Shown here: one piece after another, positions 1 to 10,987 of the stretch
Layout of the letters: each line of letters starts with the position of its first letter
Numbering within the stretch: the stretch's first letter is position 1
DNA from: a virus
Lineage: Duplodnaviria > Heunggongvirae > Uroviricota > Caudoviricetes
Strand: one strand, 5' to 3'
Length of the DNA stretch: 29,002 nt
IMG/VR virus record: IMGVR_UViG_3300021256_000063
Span: 128,001 to 157,002 of that record
Program-made: the position numbers and the translations under genes
Notes under the pieces: model-generated
Database searches by the model: none
Seen by the model: only the letters and a program-made list of their open reading frames with translations
What the model was told of the DNA's origin: nothing

Positions 1-712
1 TGCTTTCATTTCAGAAGTCGTTGCTGCTTGCTGATTTGCTTCAGCCTCTAAAGAAGATGCTTCAGCATTTTCTCGCTTGGCCTCATTAAGTCTCTCTAGC
101 GCTTCAGTTTCTTCATTAGTTAAGGCGACTTTAGCCGCATTTCCTGCATCCTCTGTGCTTTCTGTCGCTGGCGATAATGTTTTCTTAATTTCATTTAAAC
201 CATCAGGATGAGGTAGACGTTCAAAGACACCTGTTAAGACTTCTGATGCGGATTTAGAACTGTTTAATAATTGGACATATTTGACCAATAAGCTGTTGGC
301 ATTAAATAATCCTTTCACAACTGTTCCACTAAACAAAGCTGCAAATGCAAATTGAAGTCCACCAACATCGTTGATTAAGTTAAGGATTGTGGTGCCTAAA
401 TCAATGAACATGTTGATGACATCACGGTTAGCAGCATTTGCCCAAAGTTCTTGCCAAGCGTTTTGAAGTTTTGCAAGGTGACCTGAGATGCTATCTAAAT
501 ATTTCTGGTTTTCTTCTAATGCTGATCCCGCGGCTTTGGTGGAAGAGTCTTCGTAGACGGATTGGAGAACATCTGGATTTTGAAGGATACTGCTGGCTAT
601 GGACGCGCGGTTCTTTCCTGCAATTGATTCAAGCAGTAAGTTCTGACGGTTATCGCCTGTTTTTAAATCTGCTTGACGAATCTCATCCCAGATTTGGGAG
701 AGACCTAGCATT
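1..712 (-). CDS. Tape measure protein exon 3 (continues beyond the window's left edge; missing from ORF track)
   Basis: Minus-strand frame has no stop from 711 to 1: MLGLSQIWDEIRQADLKTGDNRQNLLLESIAGKNRASIASSILQNPDVLQSVYEDSSTKAAGSALEENQKYLDSISGHLAKLQNAWQELW... This is the typical second half of the phage TMP core. It joins exon 2 in frame as AT|A (Ile), giving KSTYEI-MLGLSQIWDEI. Confidence 0.92.
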
Positions 713-2252
713 CATTCTGTTACTTTTATGACCTATAAAAAATAGGCGACCAGTCATTTCTGGCTGATTCTCACGTTTCTTATTATATTGGGGTTATAGC
801 GTGAGTTCGGACTGTATATTCATATTTAAATAAAATATGTATAACTTCAATAGTATAATTGCCTATACTATCCCGCAGTCTCTACGGTTGATGTTTTAAT
901 TTGTTCAATTTTATTATTAATCAATTCTTTATATTCCTCTGATTCAAAAGTCCAATATGGGACTTCAAGATAATGATATCCTTTACTTATTGCATAATCT
1001 TTTTTTATCAAATCCTTTTGCTTTTGATATTGAAATTCTTCCTCTGGCGTTTTCCCAGAATTTTTTGATTGAGTAATATGCCATCCACTTAATTCATAAT
1101 GCTGTATCCCGTGAACTTCAACTATTAATTTTAATTCTGGAATTTCATTATCATAGGGCATTTTAAATCCTGTTTTGGGATTTATTGCAATAATAGAACA
1201 TCCATACTCACATTTTAGATTGTACCCAAGTAATAAAATATAATTCTGTACATTCTCTTCTATATAAGACACTGTTCTTTCTTTTGTACACATTGGGCAA
1301 TTAATTGCACCAGATACAGTATAATCTCTAATAGTTCTTAAATAGTCCTCATGTTTCCCTTTTTCACATTTTAGCCAGATTTTTTCATGGCTATTACATC
1401 TAAAGGTATATGGAGAGCGCCTATTTTTATTTGACCATATATTTATAATTTGAGGATATTTATGTCCTAATGAATCTAAATAATGAGTCTTTTTCTTCCC
1501 GTCTTCACAATAAGGACATCTTCGCCCCCTCGTAAAATTCGCCGGAGAAATAGAATATATATGATAATCTATTGATTGACATTTAATTAATACCTTTGGC
1601 TTGTTACTTTGTGGTGCAATTGTAAATGGATCTACATTATTGTCTTTGCTCCAATATTTAGTTAAAAAATCTCCATCTGTATTATTTATGTGATATTGAG
1701 CAAAGCTTTCTTTTGGTAGAATTCTTTTATGATTACAATAAGGGCATGTGCTACGTCCTCGAATAAAAGTATCAGGAGTAGTAATGTGTTCTGGGTGTTC
1801 AGGGTTATCAGCACAACGTACATATATTTTTAAAGTACTTCCTTTTGTAAATTCGTATGGAGATTTATTATTAGTCGGTGACCAAATTTTATATAAATAT
1901 TCTTTACCATATTTTTTTACAACATTATGTCCAAAACTATTATTAAATTTATCAAAAGGGTCTCCTCCTTTTTTTGAACGAATATTAGCTAAAGAATAAG
2001 AAACATCTTCTTCATCTGGATTTATTGTAAACCAATATTTTTTTCCATCTGACATTCGAGAATTTGCAATATCTCCATTCTTTTCATTGTTCCATATAGT
2101 AATTAAATCTTCTCTATGGTGTTCTATACACCACTTGTCGAAACTTTTTTGATACATCGTATTACCTCATGAAATTAATTAAAACATCTTACCTCGGTCT
2201 TATCTTCCCCTAAGACTTTAACCGATATAGTTATATAGAGACAATGTTGTTT
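713..2252 (-). ncRNA. Group I intron 2 in tape measure gene (1540 nt, group IA-like, carries homing endonuclease in L6)
   Basis: The 5' splice site follows U (GAGAU|), and P1 GAGAU/GUCUC (2238-2242) ends in a U.G wobble. P10: 3' exon AAUG pairs with CAUU (2243-2246). P3 UAUAACU/AGUUAUA; P4 UCGGU/ACCGA; 12-bp P6a (2177-2188 with 890-901). R ACCGUAGAGACUG (876-888) and S AAUAUACAGUCC (809-820) give P7 GACUG/CAGUC. Terminal omega-G at 713. Removal restores the TMP frame. Confidence 0.93.
868..2157 (-). CDS. Intron-encoded homing endonuclease: zinc-ribbon repeats plus C-terminal Vsr-like/PD-(D/E)xK nuclease domain
   Basis: 429 aa, GAGGT RBS 7 nt upstream. Three repeats of WSxxNxxxP(Y/F)x(F/I)xxxSxxK...C...H...CP(Y/M)C (DUF4379-like). 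C-terminal YDNEIPELKLIVEVHGIQHY...KKDYAISKGYHYLEVPYW resembles DUF559/Vsr-like (EDxHD-related) nucleases. Lies inside intron 2 between the Q and R elements. Confidence 0.85.
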   Translation of the reverse strand: MYQKSFDKWCIEHHREDLITIWNNEKNGDIANSRMSDGKKYWFTINPDEEDVSYSLANIRSKKGGDPFDKFNNSFGHNVVKKYGKEYLYKIWSPTNNKSPYEFTKGSTLKIYVRCADNPEHPEHITTPDTFIRGRSTCPYCNHKRILPKESFAQYHINNTDGDFLTKYWSKDNNVDPFTIAPQSNKPKVLIKCQSIDYHIYSISPANFTRGRRCPYCEDGKKKTHYLDSLGHKYPQIINIWSNKNRRSPYTFRCNSHEKIWLKCEKGKHEDYLRTIRDYTVSGAINCPMCTKERTVSYIEENVQNYILLLGYNLKCEYGCSIIAINPKTGFKMPYDNEIPELKLIVEVHGIQHYELSGWHITQSKNSGKTPEEEFQYQKQKDLIKKDYAISKGYHYLEVPYWTFESEEYKELINNKIEQIKTSTVETAG

Positions 2253-2494
2253 ATCTCATAAGTTGATTTGTAACGACCTAACTCGTCTTGTATATCAAAT
2301 CCTTTGTAATTATTTGAAGCTACCTTTGTAGCATTCATGATCAGTTCACGCATTTTGGATTGAGATACTATCATGTCAGATGTATCTTCACCCATTTCTT
2401 CCAATTCTTCTGCCGCTTCTTTTGTGCCTGTCAAGCGGAGGGCGATTGTTCTGACGCCCTTCCCAGTTTTACTAGCATCTTGTGTGATTAAGTT
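2253..2494 (-). CDS. Tape measure protein exon 2 (242 nt)
   Basis: NLITQDASKTGKGVRTIALRLTGTKEAAEELEEMGED...FDIQDELGRYKSTYEI is the middle of the TMP core. The ATG called by the ORF track (2495-2497) is the last three intron bases and has no RBS. Confidence 0.92.
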
Positions 2495-2862
2495 CATTTG
2501 TGTTCAGTTATATTCGCAAGATATAACTGTTAATATGTATATTTTATATAAACATATTATTTCTACGGTTACCCGTAGGATCAGACTATATCTTCATCTC
2601 TTTATTAAAAAGAGAGCACACCATTTCCATTTAAGGGATTTTCACCCACTCCATTTGCGATTGAGCCGTACTTCTATTGATTAGGATATGTATTCTCTAG
2701 TCCTAATCCCGACACGGGAATAGTCGTTGAACGTTCCATATATATTATACAAATTAATTATAACATGTCAATATGGCTTCGCTGCTGATTATCCTAATAG
2801 GATTTCCAGCAATTAGATGTGTTCTATATATGTGTTGCCACATATTCAGGCAATTTAATCTC
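2495..2862 (-). ncRNA. Group I intron 1 in tape measure gene (368 nt, ORF-less, IA2-like)
   Basis: The 5' splice site follows GGU|, and P1 CAGGU/GCCUG (2847-2851) has the U.G pair. P10 AACUUAAUC/GAUUAAAUU pairs 8 of 9. P2 AUAUGUG-GCAA-CACAUAU. P AAUUGCUGGAAA (2803-2814), Q AAUCAGCAGC (2781-2790), R GUUCAACGACUA (2721-2732), S AAGAUAUAGUCU (2583-2594). P3 CACAUC/GGUGUG, with extra helices between P7 and P3'. Omega-G at 2495. The spliced junction reads ALTTAG|NLITQD in frame. Confidence 0.95.
2744..2771 (-). promoter_or_regulatory. Consensus sigma70/sigmaA-type promoter inside intron 1 loop L6
   Basis: TTGACA (2766-2771), 16-nt spacer, TATAAT (2744-2749) on the minus strand; both hexamers are perfect. 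Activity is not shown. Confidence 0.65.
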
Positions 2863-5800
2863 ACCTGCTGTCGTCAAAGCAATTGCTTCATCAAGATCAT
2901 TGCCAGCAGTTTGTAATGCAGCCGCACCATCCTGAAGAGCAGTTGCCAATTCATCAGTTGCTATTGCATAATTATTACCAATAAGATTCAATCTATCTAC
3001 GATGTCCATCTTATCGATACCTTCTTCAGCATCAGCATACGCAGCACTCATAGCAACCAATGCAGTTGTTGCGTCATTAATATTATCAAATTCAGAAACA
3101 TTAAATAGTACGTTTGCAGTCTGTGCAGATTGAGATGCTGTCTGTAAATCCTCGCCAAGCCTCATCCAATCGGCAGTACTTGTCTGTAACTGAGCCGCAG
3201 TCGTACCGATCTGATTTGCTGTATCAAATGTACTCTTTTGATATTCTCTTAAACTACTCAGACTTTCATCTGAAACTTTTTGCATTTCCGTCAAAGCGTC
3301 ATCAAGTTCATGGATAATATTAATACCATCTTTGAAAACACCGATTACTCTGTAGAATGAAACAAAGGACAGGAGATAAGCGCCTAAGGATTTGAAACGA
3401 GTCTGGAGTTCAGACATAAATGTAGCACCAGTCCTACCAGCGGCTTGTTCAGCATCCGCAACTTGTTTCCATCCATCTGATAATTTTGTAAAATCTGCTT
3501 GACTTATTCCTTGTTGTAATTGATCAAAGTATCCTTGTAATTGTGCTTTAGCATCAGCACTGATACCCGGATTACTCTTCATAAACTGAGTAATACCCGC
3601 CCTTTGTCTTTCAATATCCCCCACATCAGCAAAAGTAAACTGCTTAGACTTTTCAACTACTTCAGCATAATTTTTATTAAGATCAGCAAATAATTTAACA
3701 ATTTCTTGAATCTGATCTTTTAATTTATCAGGTGCTAGTTGAGTCAAATCAAGACTGCCATTAGCCATGCGTTCTTGAATTTTTTGCAATTCATTTAATG
3801 AATCAACAGCACCTTGTGCATTATTTTGAAATTCTTTAAACTCACTTGCATCACCCAATCCAGCAGTGAATTTTTCACCAAAATTCTTAAAGTAATCCTG
3901 ACTTAAAAATCCTTCGCCTAAAACGTTACCCATTCTGTCTTGAACTTTAGTAAGTTCATCAGAAATATCTGTAATTAATCCACGATAACTTTCAGCAATA
4001 GCATTTCTGATTTTTTGTTGCTGTTCAATCTGACCAGCAGTAGCTTTGCCACCATTGGTGTTAAGATTTTTATTAAGAAAATCACCTTGATTTAATCCAG
4101 TAGCACGATTAAGATTTGTGATACTATCTTCAAATGTCTGAAATGTACGATCAATTTCATTCTGCAATTCGCCTAATGCCTGAGACTTAAAGGAATCTTT
4201 TATTTCTCTAAAGAAGCTTGTATAGGCACCTTTATAACTAGTAAAATAAGTGTTGATACGTCCTTGAATACCTTGTTGAGAATCAAATCTATCTTGAAAA
4301 TCACCAACATCTTCCTTCATTGCGTCAACTAATAATCTAAACCCTTTAACATTACCTTCATCCATAAACTGAAGAGGATTATTATTAATATCTGCAATAA
4401 GTTCTTTGATTACTTGTAGTAATTGCTCTGACGCTTGTAACTGTCCTTGGTATTCTTGATCGGGATTAATTAATTTCTTACTCTTTTTTTGAATACCTTC
4501 AATCTGATCCGCAACTCCAGAAAGTGATTTTTTTAAACCTTCAGCAGTCTTGTTCGCATTTGCCTCTAATTCGGATTGAGCGGCCTTATAGCCTTTATCT
4601 TCGACTTTTAGCGTACTCATTTGAGAATCTAAAGTTTGGCGCAACTCAAGCAATTCTCTTAAAGCATTAGTATCACCAAAATCAAAGGTGCCATTTTTCA
4701 TTGACTCTGCAACAGACTGCAATTTCTGCAAAGATTCTGTAACACCGTCTACAGCGGACATATAAGACCGGGCTTGCTTATCATCTATTTTTGTGTTATT
4801 AATAAAATCAAGACGCCCCTTTGTAGGATTTTGCGTATTAGTTTTATAAGCCGTATCCATTTTTTCAAAGGCTGCTTGCTGTTTTTCTGCTTCAGCAATT
4901 AATGAAGCGGTAAATTCAGCAATTTGCATTTGCCTCTGTTTTAAACCTTTAGTTTGTGCTTCGGTAGATTTTTTATAATCCGCTGGTAAATCGTTTTGAG
5001 CATACATATTAGAATTCGGGGTATAATTATCACCCATATTCTTTAATCTTGCATCCCAGAAAATACGCTCTGTTTCTGTTAAATGAGCGACAGCCGTATC
5101 AAATTCCTGAATTGATTTCGCATTAAGAACAGCATTAAAATCTTTACCATAATTTCCGTATGCTTGTGCTAATTCTTTATCATCAGCTTTGGTCTGCGCT
5201 TTTTGAGCAGCCTTTTCTGCTTGCTCTTTAGCTTTTTGTGCGGCTTTAGCTTCTTGCTCCTCACGAACTTTAGCCTCTTCTTCTGCCGCTTGTTTTTGAA
5301 GAGCAAGCATCATTTGCGTTTGTAATTCGGCTTCCTTATATCTTTGTAAATCTTGTTGCTGTTGAGCAGTAAAAGCATCATTTTCTTTCTGTAAATTTTC
5401 AATCTTTTTATTTGTAGCCTCTTCTTGCTTTTTTTGTAAATCATCAATGGCTTGTTTTTGCTCATCAATTGTTTTCTTCTGTTGTTCGGATACCTGCTTT
5501 AAAGCATCAATTTCCTGTTGAAGAGGCTTGGGATCAAAAGCTTTACTCGCATTAGCACCAGCGCCACCTTCACCATTAAGAGCACCAGTAGTATTTTGAG
5601 CGCTTTGCGCTAAATTCTGATTAGCTTCGGTTACTTGTTTTTTAGCATCAGCCAACTCTTTCATTTTAGCAGCTGCATCAGCGGCTTTATCACCTTCGGT
5701 TTGAACACCGTTACCAGTTTGATTGCCACCTAAATCAGGTTTATTTTCAACTGGTTTAGAAGGTTTCGGCTCAGTAGTTGCCTTCGGCTTTTCTGGAGCA

Positions 5801-8800
5801 GAGGTAGTAGCCTTTTCTTTAGATTGCAATTCTTCCAAGCGTGCTTGCAATCTTGCCATTATTACTTCAGCTTGTTGCTTTTGTTGTTCAAATTGCGCTT
5901 TTGCCCGTTCCGCAGCCTGAGTGGACGCCTGAGCGAATCGTTCTTCGACTTGTTTAAAATCGCTACTCGGTTCTCCTAAATTCTGATACAGTTCTTTAAA
6001 TTCTTCCATTGGCTTTGCAAAATTTTTAGAAGAACCAACATCAAGATTGTCTGCTATTTTAAATGCCTTAGAAAAACCAATCCGCATTTTATCGTAATTG
6101 TCTAATACTTCTTGTGCCTTTTGTGGATCAGCATCTTTACCTAAGCTATTAACTTCTTCTTGCGCTTTTTTTAAATCATCTGCCCATTGTTTAACTTGAG
6201 AATAAGCATTGCGTTTTTGATATTTTTCGCCAACATCAAATGTGGAATCGTCTAATGTAATACTCTTTAAGTTCTGTTCAGCATCGTTTTTTGCTTTTTG
6301 TAATTGTTCAATTTGTTCTTTAACCTGTTTAATTTCTTCAGATTCTTTTGCGAGTGTCGCTTTAGGTTTTGCTGATGGTTTAATAGTAGACTTGGATCGA
6401 GTTTGTGGTTGTTCGAGGTTTTGTCCATCAGTTCTCTGAGTAGCCTGTACCATAGCAGAAACGGCATCAGCCTCTACTTGCATCGCATCAGCCGCACTTT
6501 GGGCATTCTTACCGATATTAGCATTAACACTATCAAATTCAGAAAGTGCTTGAGTAGCAGACGGAATATCTTTAAGTGCATCTATTAAATGTAAAACTGC
6601 TTCACTTTCAGACTGTAAACCACTACTGTTTCCAGCATTATCCCCACTTTTTTCTCCATCACTGCCAAAGATAGAATCTAATAATTGTTGTTCTACATCA
6701 GACAAACTCTTTGCTTTTTCTAAATTATCGTTTGTGTGTTGTGTTTGATCTTCTAATTGTTGCGCCGCATCGGTATTTTTCTTCTCATTCTCTACTTGAG
6801 TTTGTATTTGCCCATCAATTGCTCCTTGTTGTTGTTCTTGGGTAGGCATTATAATTTTAGGTTTTTTACTTTTCTTTTTTTTTACGTTTTCCGTTTGAGG
6901 TTGCGAATCAGAAATTTGTTGTTCTGTTTCATTTATATTGTTAATTTTTTCTTGAACCTTTTGTAGCTCTGTTTGTTTTTCCTCTAAGTTTGTTTCTAGT
7001 CTCTTTAATTCTTCTGTAACTTCCTTCGTTCTATCTTTACGATATTTTTTTGCCGTCTTACCACTTTCTTGAGCATCTATTTCAAAAAACGCATCATCAT
7101 ATTTTTTTGTATCAGTTAATTGTTCCTTCGTTTTTTCTAGTTTCTTTTTTCTATCTTGTAATTTATTTACTTGACTTTGTAATTGCGATAAATTAGATTC
7201 TAATATCTCTTTAGACTCTTCTACATTATTAGCATTATTTTGTGCTACTTGATTTGCATTAGCAGATTCAGTTACAGACGTTTTTTCTGTGCCTTTAGAG
7301 GCACTTTGATTTAATTTCTTTTGAGCATCATTAGCACGTCTCACAGCTTCTTCGGATTCATCAGCGGCTTTTTTTGCTTTATCCGCAGCGTTTTGAGCTT
7401 TCTCTGCATTGCTTTGAGCCTGATCAACATCTTTTTGACCATTATCTTTTGTATCAATATTAGTGCTTTTTTCTTCTTTTTGGAATAGCTCTTTATTTAA
7501 TTGACTTTTTCTTTTTTTTAAAGCTTCAGCGTATTCTTTCCTTTTAGCCATTCTTGCTTCATATCCCACTAACCATTGCGACTCTTGATCGGTAGGACGC
7601 ATAAGGGCTATTGTTTCATCGTCAAATTTACTTTCGCCATACGAATTGTTTTGCTTAATAGTCTTTTCTAACTGATTAAATTCACCTTTTAATTCTAACG
7701 CTTTTTGTTTGCGTTCTTCCATTTGGCTAATCTGTCGGTCAATTTCCTCTAAATCCATATTTTCAATATTTTTAATATCGTAATTTTGGAAATCAGCTTC
7801 AAATTGTTGATCTTCATCAATTCTTGCTTGACGATCTTCTCTTTTTAATTTTTGTTTAAAAATTCTGCGTTGTTTTTCATCTTCTTTTTCTTGTGCTATT
7901 CTTTGTCTTGTTTCTTCTTTTAGTCTTTCTTGTTCCTGTAATGGCTCTAAATTTCTCTGCGCCCTTTCATTTGCTCTTGCCCATTGATTTCTTGTTTGAT
8001 CATAATTATCTAAAAATTTCTGGTCTGCTTCTGTTATTTCTTTTCCTTTAGATTGAGCGTCTTCTATAGCCGCTTTATATTGATCCATAACATCAAGAAT
8101 AAGTTTTATTCTATCAAGAGCATACGTGTACCCTTCAACTGTATTATCGGGTGTCATTATTGAACTTCTTTGTTCAATGTTCAAATTATATAAATCCCGC
8201 AATTGCTCAAGGGGATTTGATTTATTAAAAGCTTCTTGATATTTACTAATCTTCTCAAATATTTTAGAAAAAGTATCTATTTTTATGTTGTTTGAATCTT
8301 GGCCCAAATATAAATCCGTCCAGTCTGTATATTGATCCAGTATTTTAGTAATTCGATCTGCGTCTGTATCTGAACTAATCCAAGAAATCTGATCTAAAGA
8401 ATTTATTGCATTCCAAACTTCTTGTACATCAACAGGTGATAATTGAGCCTCTTCATCTTTTTTCCCTCTATATTTTTTTTTAATCCCTTTAAGTTTTGCT
8501 TCGGCTTCGTCTATTGAATAAACAAATTTTTGAGTCCCTTCTGCATCGCTAGCCATTTGGACTGCTTCTTTAAATCCTAACTTTTTAGTAGAAGACGGCT
8601 CATTTGTTTCTTGTAATACTTGATTTTGTTCCCTTAATAATTCAGTAGTTGCACGGGCGTTTTCGCCTAACTCTTTTTGAGATTCAGATAGTTGTTGTAA
8701 ATTATTTGTGGCACCAGAAGAAGACAAATCATTGTTTGTTGCATTTTGTTCTATAAGTGCTTGATTAACTTCTTCCACCGCATTTTTTAATTCATTTTCA

Positions 8801-9852
8801 GCTTTGATTCCTTCTTGTGCAGACTCTATATTGGGAGTTTCTGTCTTTTCTATTGCTGATTCAGGAGGTTGTTTTTGCTGATTTCCTGATTCATTATTAA
8901 TTTCATTATTTTGCTCTCTTAAAGCGTTAGTAGCACCTTCCGCAGCATTACGTAATTCTTCCTCTGTTTTAACCACATTTTTAATTGGTTTTGCATCAGG
9001 AGTAGAAACGGATGTTTCTAGTTGAGAATCGCCTTTTTGTTTTTTGGGTTTTTGGGGTGTACTTTTAGATTTTTCTGTTTTTGGGGACAAAGATGTCTTT
9101 TTTTTTGAGTCAACTCCATTAAGATACTGTAAAGTCCAATCCCAATCCGTATTTACTGTTTCATTTCTTATTGCATTTCTTAAATCTTGTTGCTTTTGTG
9201 CTAATTTATCAGTTGCTTTTTCAGCCTTTTCTATATCTCCAGCAAACTCTTCCGCATCTTGAGACGCTGCCTTTAACGTACCAGTACCATTACGAAGAGA
9301 TTCAGTAATACCTTGGACATTAGCATCTATTCGATCTAAAGTATCCCCAATTCTATTTAGCGCTTCTTCAGACGCACCAAAACCACCACCTTTACCAGAA
9401 CCACCTAATCCTTCTATACCATTAGGATATTTTTTATATAATTCTTCCAGCTTACTTTGTAAAGGTTTACCTGTTGGATTAGTGTTTGCGGTCATTGATC
9501 TAAAAATTTTAAAAATTTCTGTATCAGAAGCCGCCGCCAATTTAGACATATCTTCTGGCTTAACAGCTTGACTTAATATCTCAAATTTAGAAATATAAGC
9601 GTCTATTTTTTGATTAATTTTATCCAATGATGTCCCACTTATATCGCTAAATACCTTATCAAGATTTAACTCGCTAAAAGCCCCTTTAACATACTTTTGC
9701 ATTTGTTTTATTGATTTAGTATCAATATTAAGTTCGGGTTTTATTTGGGCTTCTTTTTCTATTTTATCTAATAAATCACCTAATGATTTAATTTTATTTT
9801 CGGCCTGAGTAGTATCAGCCATTACCGATATAATAGTACCATTTACAGCCAT
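2863..9852 (-). CDS. Tape measure protein exon 1 (2330 codons)
   Basis: AAGGAGGAG RBS at about 9860-9868. Very long Q/E/K/A-rich helical protein ending in the TMP core start (IHELDDALTEMQKVSDES...TADWMRLG...DIVDRLNLIGNNYAI...DEAIALTTAG). Located after the tail genes. The ORF-track tail EIKLPEYVATHI* is intron sequence. Confidence 0.9.
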
Positions 9853-9872
9853 GTGTTATCTCCTCCTTTTCC

Positions 9873-10298
9873 TTAAAATATATTTCCAGCTTGTACTAAG
9901 GCTACCGATTGTACCTGTGATAGAAACTCGGCAGACTCTGAAAATTGTTTAATAGAATTAAATGGAGAAGTCCTTTGTGCTGCTCCATGATATCCTTCCA
10001 TATCTAATTCAAAAATCAAATTTTTATTATAAGGGTCTTTTGTCCCTTTAGATTGATAATATTCTTCCATATTATCAGATGAAAGTAGGACACCGCCCAT
10101 TATCTTATCTAAATAAGGTTCATAAGAATTATCTTTAAAATTATCTGTACGCTTATACTTAATTGGATCATATTGATCATAATAATCTTCTTGTAATACT
10201 TGTTGCATTTTTTCTGTTAATAATATACATCCAGTTTCTGCAACTGCTTTCTTGTACCTTGTTGCCCAATCTTTAATCTGTTTATCGAATCTTCCCAT
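9873..10298 (-). CDS. Hypothetical phage tail-module protein (141 aa)
   Basis: AAGGAGG RBS. Motif YYDQYDPIKYKRT is reminiscent of small proteins preceding the TMP in large siphoviruses; function assigned by position only. Confidence 0.6.
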   Translation of the reverse strand: MGRFDKQIKDWATRYKKAVAETGCILLTEKMQQVLQEDYYDQYDPIKYKRTDNFKDNSYEPYLDKIMGGVLLSSDNMEEYYQSKGTKDPYNKNLIFELDMEGYHGAAQRTSPFNSIKQFSESAEFLSQVQSVALVQAGNIF

Positions 10299-10321
10299 AA
10301 TAATAGCCCTCCTTTTATACT

Positions 10322-10347
10322 AAAAAAGGACGGCTTTGCGTCCTTTT
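10322..10347 (-). terminator. Rho-independent terminator (possibly bidirectional)
   Basis: AAAAGGACG-caaagc-CGTCCTTTTTT on the minus strand, just after the 10354 stop. Confidence 0.7.
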
Positions 10348-10353
10348 CTTCTT

Positions 10354-10965
10354 TTACTTCTTCACAATCTCTTTCACCTTATCCATATCAACTTCCTCAA
10401 GTACTCCCTCAGCAGCACCTAAGAAGTTGTCAACCCAAGCATGAATAAGCGGAGCAAATTTTACTACCTGTTCCTTGACAAAAGCATGTGGCTCATAATA
10501 ATTTGTCATGATATCATTACTTTTCATATTAAGCACGCTATCAAACATAGCTACCTGCGCTTCAGGGATATAGCTAATAATCACATCAACCAGTCCATAT
10601 TTCTGCAACAGGTTAAAATCGCCCAACGAGTCTTCTTTATCTATTACAATATTTGTATATGTATTAAGCAACGCACTCACATACAACAAATATTTCTTGC
10701 AGGAATCAACCTTAAATTGCCCATCTGCTGTAAAATAACTAGCCGCTATAATCTGGTCACAAATAGCGCATACCACTTCATATCGCTCATATTCTTTAAT
10801 GGCAAGTGTACCCTCAAGATAAACACGTCTTGCGTCATCAGATGAACGGTTCTTCAGTGACTTTACAAAATCCTTAGCGGTCACATATTTAATCATGTTA
10901 TTATCATCAGCAGTAAAATACTGTCTTACCTTAGGTTCCTGATTCTGATTTGTATTCTTTGCCAT
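10354..10965 (-). CDS. Hypothetical protein, candidate tail assembly chaperone (203 aa)
   Basis: AAAGGAG RBS; acidic helical protein between tail tube and TMP. Function from synteny only. Confidence 0.55.
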   Translation of the reverse strand: MAKNTNQNQEPKVRQYFTADDNNMIKYVTAKDFVKSLKNRSSDDARRVYLEGTLAIKEYERYEVVCAICDQIIAASYFTADGQFKVDSCKKYLLYVSALLNTYTNIVIDKEDSLGDFNLLQKYGLVDVIISYIPEAQVAMFDSVLNMKSNDIMTNYYEPHAFVKEQVVKFAPLIHAWVDNFLGAAEGVLEEVDMDKVKEIVKK

Positions 10966-10987
10966 AATTTAATCTCCTTTTCTTCCT

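Noticed and set aside
2231-2497. 88-aa ORF as an independent gene
   Set aside because: It is TMP exon 2. Its ATG and its last residues (NNIVSI*) are intron sequence.
2824-9852. TMP as truncated gene/pseudogene, or stop-codon reassignment
   Set aside because: The breaks are fully explained by introns with intact cores and frame-restoring junctions. Other genes are intact under the standard code.
10299-10400. Programmed -1 frameshift of the tail chaperone (G/GT type)
   Set aside because: No slippery heptamer seen before the stop. A terminator and a separate RBS lie between the two ORFs.
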